Numbered from the stretch's first letter, positions 50,701 through 60,012 are shown. The stretch: DNA of 64,000 nucleotides from a virus (IMGVR_UViG_3300002179_000002:11861-75860), one strand, 5' to 3'. Translations and numbers: made by a program. The notes: generated from the letters alone by a model not told the origin.

Positions 50701-51189
50701 TTCTACCGGACTGAGAAGAAGACTAAGATAGATGCCGAGAAGGATCTCATGACGCTGAGCGAGAAGGACATCTCCGATGACTGGTGGTGGGACCTCAGGC
50801 AGAAGAGGCTGACTGGCATAGCATTCTTCGACTACAAGACTATGTGCGACAAGTATCTGACAGATGGAAAGTATCTCGATCAGGATGAGTGGCAGTCAGA
50901 GTCGCTAAGTAACATCTACTACTCGATAGGCGGCTACATAGTAGAGGTGATTGAGCGGACATCCAAGAAGAGTGGCAAATACTGCTCGATCAGGATTGAG
51001 AGCAACTACACATTCATCTGGGTGTCTATATTTCCCTGCCAGTATCAGCAGCTCACAAAATCTGGCATCGAGCTGATAGGACAGGAGGGCAACATCCTAC
51101 TGCTCACAGGGATGATCAAACTCGACACCTACAAGAAAGAGAACGCATGCAAGTTCTGGGACAACAGCGAATTAGTAATCTTAAAATAA
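47749..51189 (+). CDS. dnaE: DNA polymerase III alpha subunit (start corrected to ATG 47749)
   Basis: GYGRGSSAGSL, LLFERFLN, PDIDSDF, KEDILG, LYRPG and YGFNASHAAAY motifs; PHP domain. Confidence 0.95.
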   Translation: MEKLIRHLEDNKLDYETLEIKSKFKIADQTFEFIWPDSTGRLFDDDLHLQADDTDCDNYAFRFGGDYYYINKADKDKPTFKELRYIGQSKREIETDAFLGVRGAYEILNGSRIYEDWCAKAKFLGVKSLGIIEKNTLAGALKFQIECKNLDIKPILGATYTVVRKGEDYKQDIKCFAKSETGWTNLLMINKEVNVINNKFIYEDRFIELLEDVIVIVDPKSGSYDKLGRMRSYMKYYQLDTVIYNDQSKDQEYLLNLKAFVRDGSLKPIFICDAFYLDRDHSHIKKTLNGISGVREYESSNQYFKDADDYLAELELLFSTEDESFYDIASKAIKNANTLSEICNFQIDTEHFYLPDYVLTEEQLTKYKDKIDLFWGLIGEGMDEKCSDEDREKYLDRIEIEYSVIMKGQNLIDYFLILWDIIDWCGKQNILVGYGRGSSAGSLIAYLLGITNIDPFEYDLLFERFLNENRVKKSIPDIDSDFEGLRRDEVKHYMEQRFGYDQVCSVGTYGNLKLKMIFTDLAKRSNIPIQEVKMMTSILGEGEKDGTDWSEIFHLASKSQKLKDFVMRNPDIVHDAKLCLMQPRSGSVHACATIITPADKDIYHWFPVKKVLSKDGEELLVSEWEGIQLDKAGFLKEDILGIQQLDKFASCIKLIEENKGIKIDFKKIPLDDDAVYRYFGKGWNSDVFQFGTQGLKKYTKELKPDSMEELSATNALYRPGAMKSNAHNDFVMIKWGMKEPEYDYMLESVTKKTYGLYIYQEQTMRAAQVLGGFTLVEADMMRKVMLGRGKKQFRDQFYIYHDKFVLGAVANGCEASVAEKIWDKLEAFAGYGFNASHAAAYAITGYISQWFKVNHPIEFWTTAFKFAKDELVADFISEIHATGAIKISPPDINESLFDMTSNFKKNTIYWALTSIKSVGGVAAEQIMKDRDENGPYFSFEEFLSRHTFKGSKVNKTHVENLIFSGAFDKVEEIEDSLKRKRLIDFYRTEKKTKIDAEKDLMTLSEKDISDDWWWDLRQKRLTGIAFFDYKTMCDKYLTDGKYLDQDEWQSESLSNIYYSIGGYIVEVIERTSKKSGKYCSIRIESNYTFIWVSIFPCQYQQLTKSGIELIGQEGNILLLTGMIKLDTYKKENACKFWDNSELVILK

Positions 51190-51193
51190 ATAT

Positions 51194-51517
51194 ATGACAA
51201 ATCAAGAATTTCTAACCTATCACCAAGAGTGTTTAGATAAACTCAAATCTATCGTGGCGTCCAAGAATCACGACTATGCTGGCTTCAGCAAGGACGACTG
51301 TTTCGCCAATTTCAAGCTGGTCGAGAATATCGGTATAGCGTCCGCAGAACAGGGCTTCCTGACTCGGATGATGGATAAGGTGTCTCGAGTCAATTCGTTC
51401 GTCCAGCAGGGCGTGCTTAACGTAGCAGACGAGAAGATCGAGGACACATTGTTGGACCTCGCAAACTACTCGATATTGATGGCTGGCTATATCAAATCAA
51501 AGAAAGAGGGAATATGA
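51194..51517 (+). CDS. Nucleotide-modification-associated domain protein (DUF1599-like)
   Basis: KNHDYA...FANF...RMMDKVSR...EDTLLDLANYSIL. Confidence 0.8.
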   Translation: MTNQEFLTYHQECLDKLKSIVASKNHDYAGFSKDDCFANFKLVENIGIASAEQGFLTRMMDKVSRVNSFVQQGVLNVADEKIEDTLLDLANYSILMAGYIKSKKEGI

Positions 51518-51843
51518 AGATCTATCTAGCAATACCCTATAGTGGCTTCGAAGAGGAGAGCTTCTCAGTAGCCAATAAGATCGCAGCAGAACTCATGCTA
51601 GAGGGTCACATCGTCTTCTCTCCCATCTCGCACACTCATCCCATTGCTTTATCGGGAGATCTTCCCAAAGGATGGCAGTACTGGAAGACTTTCGATGAAT
51701 CATTTATCGAGTGGTGCGACCAATTGGCCGTAGTCATAATGAAGAATCAGGGCGAGGAGAGAGTTAGAAATAGTCAAGGAATTGCTGGAGAATTGACTCT
51801 AGCAGATGTTTATAATAAACCAATCTACTACATAAAAGAATGA
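51514..51843 (+). CDS. DUF1937 / nucleoside 2-deoxyribosyltransferase-like protein
   Basis: IYLAIPYS...VFSPISHTHPI...WCD...SQG...E. Confidence 0.75.
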   Translation: MKIYLAIPYSGFEEESFSVANKIAAELMLEGHIVFSPISHTHPIALSGDLPKGWQYWKTFDESFIEWCDQLAVVIMKNQGEERVRNSQGIAGELTLADVYNKPIYYIKE

Positions 51844-52556
51844 GACTAATAAAACCATATTTCGAGATCATCACTCCTATTAATGGAGAACAGATTCTGA
51901 ATCAAATTGAACTAGCAGCAAGAACCTGTTATAAGTCAGAAGATAGAATAGCTCCTGGTTCTGCTGAAAAACTTATCAAGAATGTTTTAATGGCTAGAGG
52001 ACATAATGCCATGCTTGAATTCGGTGGAATGATTACAGTCAAATTTGTCTGCGACAGAGGCGTATCACATGAATTAGTTCGGCATAGATTAGCTTCTTTT
52101 GCTCAAGAAAGCACAAGATTCTGCAATTATACAGATGATAAGTTCAGTAATGGGGAAGTTACTTTTATCATTCCATGTTGGCTAAATATTCCAGAAGGAC
52201 AATATGTCTGGTGGGATGGCGACTATTGCGACGTATCAAAAATGGAGATAATGGTGTCAAATGAACAAATGAAAGAAGACACTAAGCTTAATTCATTTTT
52301 AGTTGCATTAGATCAATGTGAAAGTTCTTATAAAATGATGGTTAATACTGGCTGGACTCCTCAGCAGGCTAGAGCAGTATTACCTAACTCTCTAAAGACT
52401 GAGATTAATATGTCAGCCAATATCCGGGAGTGGAGAGAAATATTCAGACAAAGAACTGCCAACGCTGCTCATCCACAGATGCAAGAACTGATGAGACCTC
52501 TATTGAAAGAGTTCCAGAATAGAATCTCTATCTTATTTGACGATATAACTTATTAA
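51840..52556 (+). CDS. thyX: FAD-dependent thymidylate synthase
   Basis: Canonical HELVRHRLASFAQESTR, ARAVLP and AHPQM motifs. Confidence 0.95.
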   Translation: MRLIKPYFEIITPINGEQILNQIELAARTCYKSEDRIAPGSAEKLIKNVLMARGHNAMLEFGGMITVKFVCDRGVSHELVRHRLASFAQESTRFCNYTDDKFSNGEVTFIIPCWLNIPEGQYVWWDGDYCDVSKMEIMVSNEQMKEDTKLNSFLVALDQCESSYKMMVNTGWTPQQARAVLPNSLKTEINMSANIREWREIFRQRTANAAHPQMQELMRPLLKEFQNRISILFDDITY

Positions 52557-52573
52557 CTTCGTCTTAAGCGATA

Positions 52574-52644
52574 GTTTATACTCTATATAAATAATCTAGA
52601 AGTATAAAATTTATATTTTCGTAAGGATTTAATTTGTAATTTTA
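52574..52644 (+). promoter_or_regulatory. Promoter with upstream palindrome (52574-52592), TTCGTA box and TAATTTTA (52637-52644)
   Basis: Recurrent architecture. Confidence 0.6.
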
Positions 52645-52663
52645 CATCGTAAAAATAATTTAA

Positions 52664-52849
52664 ATGAAAGATTTAGAAAGTAAAGTTCAAAAGTATCTTA
52701 ATAAAGGAATAGACTGGGATACGTTCAAAAACAAATTCCCAGAATCAGCAGTTCTAATTGAGATAGCTATGAAAGACATAGCCATCGATTATTGGAGCAG
52801 GTATAAAAATAGAAAAAATGAGCAAAGTAGTAGTTCCCTTCGGGGGTAA
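52664..52849 (+). CDS. Hypothetical protein
   Basis: First ORF after the promoter. Confidence 0.5.
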   Translation: MKDLESKVQKYLNKGIDWDTFKNKFPESAVLIEIAMKDIAIDYWSRYKNRKNEQSSSSLRG

Positions 52850-53366
52850 AGCAGTGATTCTTTCATTCGGTGATTTTGATGAAGAAATAGATGTTGATGA
52901 ACTGACATCTATCCAATATGATAATCTCTTTGGAGAGATAGTCACAGTATCAGCACTCCTCAATCGTATAGGTATTCTAAAGGCAGAAACTGAAGCAGCT
53001 TATTCACATAAGAAACTTGAGTGTGATATATATGAAGCTAACCTTGCAAAACAGTACCGTAGGGAAGCAAATATTAACTCGGGGAAGTTTACTATACCCG
53101 ATGGTATTGGTGAGACTTCTATAAAACTTACAGAGGAGTCACTCAAATCAGCTATATTGCTTGATATAGCCTACCAGAATAAGAAAAAGGGAGTGATAGA
53201 AGCACAGAAGAATCTTGCTTTCATGGATTCCCTATATTGGTCAATACAATCTAAGGATAAGAAGCTATCAGTCATAATGAAACCTACTACCCCTGCTGAT
53301 TTTTGCAATGAGATAATTGAGGGATCAGTTAATGGTATAATGATTAAGAAAGTAACACTTGAATAA
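52818..53366 (+). CDS. UvsY-like recombination mediator
   Basis: Helical ORF with KLTEESLKSAI..D..YQ...KDKKL; lies near SSB and RecA. Confidence 0.55.
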   Translation: MSKVVVPFGGKAVILSFGDFDEEIDVDELTSIQYDNLFGEIVTVSALLNRIGILKAETEAAYSHKKLECDIYEANLAKQYRREANINSGKFTIPDGIGETSIKLTEESLKSAILLDIAYQNKKKGVIEAQKNLAFMDSLYWSIQSKDKKLSVIMKPTTPADFCNEIIEGSVNGIMIKKVTLE

Positions 53367-53373
53367 AATGACA

Positions 53374-53565
53374 ATAAAAGAAAGAAGTTCAGAACAAACA
53401 GATGAAGATGGAAGCGCTGTTATGAATGCATTAAATATTGCATTGAAATACGGTCTAACCGTAGAAGTCGTTCTTATGGCTTTATATGAAGCACAAGAAA
53501 ATCCAGAAATCAGTATATCTAAAATAATGCAAGGCGCACTAGAAGATTGGGATATTAGCGAATAA
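53374..53565 (+). CDS. Hypothetical protein
   Basis: Operonic ORF; the start is probably an ATG a few codons into the listed ORF (approximate). Confidence 0.45.
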   Translation: MKERSSEQTDEDGSAVMNALNIALKYGLTVEVVLMALYEAQENPEISISKIMQGALEDWDISE

Positions 53566-53619
53566 AGAGACTCAGACGAGTAAACAAATATAATTAATAA
53601 ACAATTTAATATAATTAAA

Positions 53620-55017
53620 ATGGCAGAAGTTTTTAACAGAAATAGGTTCCAAGGTGGGACGATCAATTCAATCAAGGAAGAGGAGAAGAGAGCAGAGGCT
53701 GCTATCCCTCAGTCCGGCAATTACTCGGGACGAGCAGGATTCTTCAACATCGAGGATGGCAAGAACGTATTTCGCATTGCTCCATCACACAACACAAATG
53801 AGCCAGCCTATCGTGCTAAGTCAACAGTCATCTTAGAGTGTGAAGTTTCCGAGATTGACAATGATGGCAAAGAGACTGGCAAGAAAGAGATGAAGAGGAA
53901 AAACATCTTCATAGCTACCCAACATTCTACTACACTTCAGAGTGACCCTATCCTGCTCTACATTGAGTTCGTCAACAAGAGAGCTACCGATGAGATCCAA
54001 GATAAAGATGAGAGATCAAAGTTCTTATCGCCTATCACAGGATGGAGAGGTAAAGACAAGAAGTGGAACTGGGGCATCAAACCCTCTGTGACATACGTAT
54101 GCTATGTATGGAACTCAAAGGGTGAGCTTGGACGTCTTGAACTTTACCCTTCTATCTTAGATGATATGAAGAAAGTATCAGTAGCACAAGCAGATGATGA
54201 TGCTGAGATTATTCCTGATATCTTTACTGCACCCGATGAGGGATATCCACTTATTATTATCAAAGAGAAGAACGATAAAGATAAGATGGAATATAATGTG
54301 TCTTGTGAACTTCCTACTAAGAAAGAATCCTGGGATGACTTCTTCAAGAGGACACAGCTTAACGATGACCAATTAATTGAATTTCTAACTAAAGAAACAC
54401 TTGCTGAGCTTTACAAAGATGTCTATACTACCAGGGACTTCAGTCTTGCTTTAGATGGTCTACAGAGATTTGATAAGCAATACAAGTTTGAGATCTTTGA
54501 GAATGAAGAGTTCCTTGAGAAACTTACTGAACTTAAAAAACTTGTCCCTGAATATAAAAGTAGAGATGAGAAAGAAGTAGGTGAGATGATTAAAGAGAAA
54601 CCTGCAGAGACTAAATCTAACAAACCTGCTCCTGCTTCCAACACTAATGTTCCTGCTCCTACTAATAATGCTTCTCCAGTAAGCTCTACACCTGTTCCAG
54701 CTATGAAACGTATCATCAAAGAATACATTGCTGAGAATTATGGTGCTGATTATTCATTACCTGAACTTTCTAAGGAAGACCTAATAGTATGGTATGATTT
54801 AGTACAACAAGGTGAAGAATTACCTTTTGATCTTGATCAATCAGAAGAGAAACTTGAAGAGCAAGCTACTCAAAAAGTAGAGAAAGCATATCAGGATATT
54901 GCTGCAAAAGAGGTAAAGAAAGAAGAAGTGAAACCTGAACCTAAATCTGTAGTCAATGTTCCTGAGAACGATGAACGGGCTGCTCAGATAGCTGCATTAA
55001 GAAAACGTAGAGGATAG
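53620..55017 (+). CDS. Single-stranded DNA-binding protein (gp32-like)
   Basis: GKNVFRIAP, DIFTAPDEGYPLII and YNVS motifs; acidic extension; replication context. Confidence 0.7.
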   Translation: MAEVFNRNRFQGGTINSIKEEEKRAEAAIPQSGNYSGRAGFFNIEDGKNVFRIAPSHNTNEPAYRAKSTVILECEVSEIDNDGKETGKKEMKRKNIFIATQHSTTLQSDPILLYIEFVNKRATDEIQDKDERSKFLSPITGWRGKDKKWNWGIKPSVTYVCYVWNSKGELGRLELYPSILDDMKKVSVAQADDDAEIIPDIFTAPDEGYPLIIIKEKNDKDKMEYNVSCELPTKKESWDDFFKRTQLNDDQLIEFLTKETLAELYKDVYTTRDFSLALDGLQRFDKQYKFEIFENEEFLEKLTELKKLVPEYKSRDEKEVGEMIKEKPAETKSNKPAPASNTNVPAPTNNASPVSSTPVPAMKRIIKEYIAENYGADYSLPELSKEDLIVWYDLVQQGEELPFDLDQSEEKLEEQATQKVEKAYQDIAAKEVKKEEVKPEPKSVVNVPENDERAAQIAALRKRRG

Positions 55018-55033
55018 ACATTTCGCAAACACA

Positions 55034-55066
55034 AAGGGAGAGGTAGAACAACTCTCCCTTAATTTT
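55034..55066 (+). terminator. Rho-independent terminator
   Basis: Stem aagggagag/ctctccctt followed by aatttt. Confidence 0.7.
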
Positions 55067-55076
55067 AATCTTCATT

Positions 55077-55274
55077 ATGAACAAAGAAACAAAAGAAATA
55101 ACTCGTAGCGATATAAAAGAAGATGTTAAACGATATAAGAAATATATAAATGCTATAGAATCAGCTCCACATAAATATCGGAATGATTCTACAGTCAAAA
55201 ATGTCTTATCGTTTAGAGATAAAAATGGATATAATTTTGTTTCTGATGAAAATGGAATAAAAATAATAGAATAA
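55077..55274 (+). CDS. Hypothetical protein
   Basis: Short ORF before the nuclease gene. Confidence 0.5.
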   Translation: MNKETKEITRSDIKEDVKRYKKYINAIESAPHKYRNDSTVKNVLSFRDKNGYNFVSDENGIKIIE

Positions 55275-55283
55275 ACAATTATT

Positions 55284-56330
55284 ATGAAACATCCTATTAC
55301 AATCATTTCGACAGACTGGCATCTGAAACAAGATAATATTAAGCAACTCAAGTTCCTCATTACACAGAAATGCGAATTAGCTCAAGAATTAGGAGTTAAA
55401 ACAGTATTCTGCTTAGGCGATATCTTTGAGAGCAGAACAGGGCAACAACAAGAGACATTGGCTTCATTGAGTGAGATACTTGAAATATTTGAAGAGTATC
55501 AGATTACACTTATTGCTATACCCGGAAATCATGATAAAAATTTTTATACAAGTGCTAAAAGTTATTTAATTCCATACAAACACCATCCCTATTTTCATTT
55601 AGTAAGTGAATCAATGGATTTTGCAATTGAAGATGTGAACTTTTGTCTTCTACCTTATTTTAAAGAAAATCTTTGGTTAGAGAAGTATAAAAATTTAACC
55701 CTTCCAGAAGTAGCATTGATGAGAAAAGGATTAAAAAACATATTCCTTTCTCACATCGCGATGAATGGATCAGTCAACAATGATGGTTCAAAAGTATCTT
55801 GTAATATATCAGTAGGCAACTTCAAAGAATGGGACTTGGTATTACTTGGCCATTATCATAATGCGCAACAGGTAGGGGTCAACGTCTTTCATATACCTTC
55901 TATTCAACAAAACAACTTTGGTGAGGATGCCGATAAAGGCTTTACGGTGGTTTATGATGATTGTTCTACTGAAATGGTTAAGTCTGATTTCAGGGAATTT
56001 GAAAAGATCACTATCAATCTAGACACTATTTCAAAGACTGATTTTAATACCTTGGTCAAAACACATTCCAACAGTGAAAAGAATATCAGGTTCGAATTGA
56101 TAGGTTCTACTGATAAAGTAAAGTCAATCAATAAAGAGGAACTTGGTGCACTTGGTATATCTGTTTCTATTAAGATAAAAGAAATTGAGGACACCATCGA
56201 ATATGCAGAACAGGAGATTAAAGAATTCAACAGCACTAACATCATAGATGAATTTGCTGAGTTCTGCAAGGAAAAAGAAAAGGACTATGATAAGGGAGTA
56301 ATTTACTTACAAAAGAAATTAGCAGTATAA
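55284..56330 (+). CDS. SbcD/Mre11-like recombination nuclease subunit
   Basis: TDWH, LGDIF, GNHD and GHYH metallophosphoesterase motifs. Confidence 0.9.
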   Translation: MKHPITIISTDWHLKQDNIKQLKFLITQKCELAQELGVKTVFCLGDIFESRTGQQQETLASLSEILEIFEEYQITLIAIPGNHDKNFYTSAKSYLIPYKHHPYFHLVSESMDFAIEDVNFCLLPYFKENLWLEKYKNLTLPEVALMRKGLKNIFLSHIAMNGSVNNDGSKVSCNISVGNFKEWDLVLLGHYHNAQQVGVNVFHIPSIQQNNFGEDADKGFTVVYDDCSTEMVKSDFREFEKITINLDTISKTDFNTLVKTHSNSEKNIRFELIGSTDKVKSINKEELGALGISVSIKIKEIEDTIEYAEQEIKEFNSTNIIDEFAEFCKEKEKDYDKGVIYLQKKLAV

Positions 56331-57313
56331 TGGATGAAAAAGCACAGAAAATAATCTCTACTGCTATTGACAGTATTGAGAAGAAATTCGGACGAGGAAG
56401 TATCGTAAACTTTGAAGAGAATGTAGAAGGAGTTGAATTTTCTTCTACTGGCTCCTTGGGACTTGATTATGCTCTGGGCGGAGGTTTTCCAAAGGGACGT
56501 ATTATTGAAATCTATGGCCCTGAGAGCTCAGGAAAGTCAACTTTAGCACTACACGCTATTGCAGAAGTGCATAAGAATGGAGGCGTAGCTGCCTATATTG
56601 ATGCTGAAAATGCTTTTGATAAAGTATATGCTAAGAACTTAGGAGTTGATCTTTCAAAGGAAGCATTCCTATTCTGCCAACCAGATAATGGAGAGCAAGC
56701 ACTTGAAATCACAGAGACATTGATAAGAACTGGAGAAATTGATATTATTGTTATTGATTCAGTGGCAGCATTAGTTCCTAAGGCTGAAATAGATGGGGAA
56801 ATGGGTGATTCTAAAATGGGGTTACATGCAAGGCTGATGGGACAGGCAATGAGGAAACTTGTAGGGTGTGTTAATAAGACACACACTATAGTAATATTTA
56901 TTAACCAACTGCGTGATAAACTGGGAGTTATATATGGGAGCCATGAAACTACAACTGGAGGGAATGCTCTTAAATTCTATGCTTCTCAAAGATTAGACAT
57001 CAGACGTATAGCTACTAATAAGATAGGAGAAGAATCTGTATCGAATAGAGTTAAAGTGAAAGTCATAAAAAACAAAGTTGCTCCCCCTCTAAGACTTGCT
57101 GAATTTGATATTTTATTCGGAATCGGAATTGATAGATTGGCAGAATTAATTGACTTGGCTACTGAACTTGAAATTATTAAGAAATCAGGTAGCTGGTATA
57201 GTTATGAAACGACCAAGTTAGGCCAAGGTGGAGAAAAGGTCAAAGAACTCTTACTTGACAATGAAGAGTTAGTTGAAGAGATTGAAATAAGAGTTAAAAA
57301 ACTATTAAAGTAA
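56330..57313 (+). CDS. recA: Recombinase RecA
   Basis: [21 protein letters not shown] and [10 protein letters not shown] motifs. Confidence 0.97.
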   Translation: MDEKAQKIISTAIDSIEKKFGRGSIVNFEENVEGVEFSSTGSLGLDYALGGGFPKGRIIEIYGPESSGKSTLALHAIAEVHKNGGVAAYIDAENAFDKVYAKNLGVDLSKEAFLFCQPDNGEQALEITETLIRTGEIDIIVIDSVAALVPKAEIDGEMGDSKMGLHARLMGQAMRKLVGCVNKTHTIVIFINQLRDKLGVIYGSHETTTGGNALKFYASQRLDIRRIATNKIGEESVSNRVKVKVIKNKVAPPLRLAEFDILFGIGIDRLAELIDLATELEIIKKSGSWYSYETTKLGQGGEKVKELLLDNEELVEEIEIRVKKLLK

Positions 57314-57318
57314 GATAA

Positions 57319-57633
57319 ATGGAACACAATTTTGAAAGTTTATTCGAAAGGGTATCAGAATTCCAGGATAAAGTATTTAAAGATCAAACTGCTTTAAGTA
57401 AATCTATTCATTTACAAAGAGAAGCCAAAGAATTAACTGAGTCTCTAAATGGTTATGATTTTAATGAAACTAAAATGGAATTAGCTGATTGTCTTATTCT
57501 ATTATTGGGGACAGCCAAGAAACTTGGACTTAGTGCAAACGAATTAATTGAAGATAGTTTTATCAAACTTATTATCTGTGAACATAGAGAGTGGGATAAA
57601 GCTGATGAACAAGGAGTATATCACCATAAATAA
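57319..57633 (+). CDS. DUF550/MazG-like dNTP pyrophosphohydrolase
   Basis: HLQREAKEL...ELADC...K....REW......HHK. Confidence 0.75.
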   Translation: MEHNFESLFERVSEFQDKVFKDQTALSKSIHLQREAKELTESLNGYDFNETKMELADCLILLLGTAKKLGLSANELIEDSFIKLIICEHREWDKADEQGVYHHK

Positions 57634-57640
57634 TATATAA

Positions 57641-59659
57641 ATGGAATTAATTTCGATAACAGCCAAGAACTTCCAGTCCTTTCAGGAACTTGAATATACT
57701 TTTCTAAGTGGAGAGCCTGTACTTATATTGGGCGAAAATCTCTCGGATAGCGGGCAGCAGAGTAACGGGAGTGGAAAATCAGTATTAGTATCAGTGATCG
57801 AATTTGCTCTGTTACACACCACTTCTAAGAAAGCTAATGACAAAGATTTAGTGACATGGGGTGAGATTGAAAGTAATATTTCCCTCACTATCCATTGTCC
57901 TATTCGTAAGGAAACTATGCTTATTGAAAGAATCATTTCAATTAAGAATGGTGGTCAATCTCAGTTATCTATTAATGGTATAATCAAATATGCTTTTGAA
58001 GATAACATGGTAAGAGAAATAGATCGTTTTATCATAGATTGGATAGGGATTTCAGCAGAGGACTTACAGAACTTCTTCATCCTATCTAAGTTCAAGTATA
58101 AATCATTCTTTGATGCTTCAAATACTCAACTTGTCCAACTAATAGGTCGCTTTTCCAACTCTTCTATTATAGATGGTATTGATAAAGACATTATCAAAGA
58201 GACTGAAGAGAAAGAGAAAGTGTTACTCAAAAAGAACGATGAGAAGAATGAGATTTTTGGCATGATTAAAGTTCATGAAGAGAATCTCAACATAGAACTC
58301 ACTACCGATAAAAAGGAACTTGTTGAAAATGAAATTAGAAGAATTGACTATTTAATAATTGATGAAGGTGAAAAAATCGGTAATTTTGATCAGAAAATAT
58401 TAGACAATATCACCCTCATCACTACTTATGAAGACAAATTACTCGATCAACTATCATCCCTACAGAAAGCCAACCTGGAAATACAGAAGTTAAACAAAGA
58501 CACTACTGACTTCGAACTTAGATTCAAAGAGGTTGATAATAAAGTTGTTCAAACTAAGGAAGAGAAGGAGAAATATGAACTAAAGAAATCAACCTTATCT
58601 AAGGACTATTCAGAAGTTTCTACTATCCTTACTGAGATTGATCTCAACATCAGAGGATCAGTAACCTGCCCCAAGTGTCAACACCAGTTCATAGTAGGTA
58701 AAGAAGACATTGATATTGAAGAAGAGAAAGTAGCTCATAAACAGACTTCGGCTATCCTAGAGGAACTTAATAAGTCATTGGCTGAAGTTAAGGTAACTAT
58801 TGAAGCTTTTGACCCTACACTAAGGAATTTACGTAGGGACAGAGTGGTTATAGAAACTGAAGAGAATGAATTGAGAACCCAGAAGAGAAACATACAAAAT
58901 TCTATTATTAACTTGGAAAGAGAAAAGGGTTCACTGGAGAATAATATACAACTATGTAAAGATAAGAATGAGACTATCAAGTCATCTATTAAAGATTGCA
59001 AAGCTAAAATCAAAGAACTTGAACTATCTAAAGTCACAGTAACTGTCGATAAGTTTGATAACAAAGCACGAATTGCTTCTATCAAAGAGAATATAATTTT
59101 GTGTAACAATAAAATCAAGCAAATTGAAACAGAATCTATTACTATCAATGATGAAATATTTGAGATTAAGAAGTGGTCATTTACTTTTAAGGAGTTTATC
59201 CAATTCCTTTCAGCCAAGACCCTCAAAATCCTCGAAGGATATGCCAACAAATTCCTATTCGATATACACTCAGACTTGAGGGTTGAGCTGTCGGGTTATA
59301 AAATGAAAGCAGATGGCACACTTTCAGATAAGATCACTGCTACTGTTATAAGGGATGGTGAATCACATGGTATAGGTACTTTCTCTGGGGGAGAACACGA
59401 TCGACTTGAGGCTGCTATGATTGAATGCGTTGCGCACGCTATTAACTCTACACATCCTTATGGTGGTCTATCCTTTCTTTCTTTAGATGAAATTTTCAAT
59501 TCGTCGGATGGCTTAGGGATCAAGCTATTAACTGATTCTTATTTGGAATTAAGGAAGAATGTACTTATTACGACACATGTCCCACATAACCAATATGGAT
59601 GTCAGGTGTTGAAAGTAACCAAAGAAAACAGGGTGTCTTCTATACAATATATTAATTAA
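57641..59659 (+). CDS. SbcC/Rad50-like ATPase
   Basis: NGSGKS Walker A, CPKC zinc hook, FSGGE signature, LDE and TTH. Confidence 0.92.
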   Translation: MELISITAKNFQSFQELEYTFLSGEPVLILGENLSDSGQQSNGSGKSVLVSVIEFALLHTTSKKANDKDLVTWGEIESNISLTIHCPIRKETMLIERIISIKNGGQSQLSINGIIKYAFEDNMVREIDRFIIDWIGISAEDLQNFFILSKFKYKSFFDASNTQLVQLIGRFSNSSIIDGIDKDIIKETEEKEKVLLKKNDEKNEIFGMIKVHEENLNIELTTDKKELVENEIRRIDYLIIDEGEKIGNFDQKILDNITLITTYEDKLLDQLSSLQKANLEIQKLNKDTTDFELRFKEVDNKVVQTKEEKEKYELKKSTLSKDYSEVSTILTEIDLNIRGSVTCPKCQHQFIVGKEDIDIEEEKVAHKQTSAILEELNKSLAEVKVTIEAFDPTLRNLRRDRVVIETEENELRTQKRNIQNSIINLEREKGSLENNIQLCKDKNETIKSSIKDCKAKIKELELSKVTVTVDKFDNKARIASIKENIILCNNKIKQIETESITINDEIFEIKKWSFTFKEFIQFLSAKTLKILEGYANKFLFDIHSDLRVELSGYKMKADGTLSDKITATVIRDGESHGIGTFSGGEHDRLEAAMIECVAHAINSTHPYGGLSFLSLDEIFNSSDGLGIKLLTDSYLELRKNVLITTHVPHNQYGCQVLKVTKENRVSSIQYIN

Positions 59660-60012
59660 TGAATAAGCCAATTCATGTAAAACCAAGCTTCTATTCTTTT
59701 ATTTTTGAAGATGCAAAAATAATAGCTAAAGAATTTGGGTATAATTTAGTACTACATGGTAGTATGAATAGAGACCTTGATTTAATTGCTATCCCATGGG
59801 TTGATGATCCTAAAGATGAATTTGAATTAATACAGGCTTTAGATCTTCATCTTACAGGATTAGTTCGTAATACAAAAGAACAATATATGTATAGTATATT
59901 ACCAGGAAACAGGCACTCTTATGTAATAAATCTTAATCGTGGAGGGTATTGGAATTTCCACGAAGATAAACTATTCTACCTTGACATATCAATAACACCT
60001 TTTAATAATTAA
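59659..60012 (+). CDS. Minimal nucleotidyltransferase-like protein
   Basis: LHGSMNRDLDLIA (GS..DxD) motif. Confidence 0.6.
   Translation: MNKPIHVKPSFYSFIFEDAKIIAKEFGYNLVLHGSMNRDLDLIAIPWVDDPKDEFELIQALDLHLTGLVRNTKEQYMYSILPGNRHSYVINLNRGGYWNFHEDKLFYLDISITPFNN

Noticed and set aside
34661-51189. Introns or inteins in terminase, helicase or DnaE
   Set aside because: The ORFs are continuous, of normal length, and lack intein terminal motifs; the HNH gene lies between genes, not inside one.
57319-57633. Z-genome (2-aminoadenine) assignment from the DUF550-like gene
   Set aside because: No PurZ is visible in the window; a single gene is not enough.
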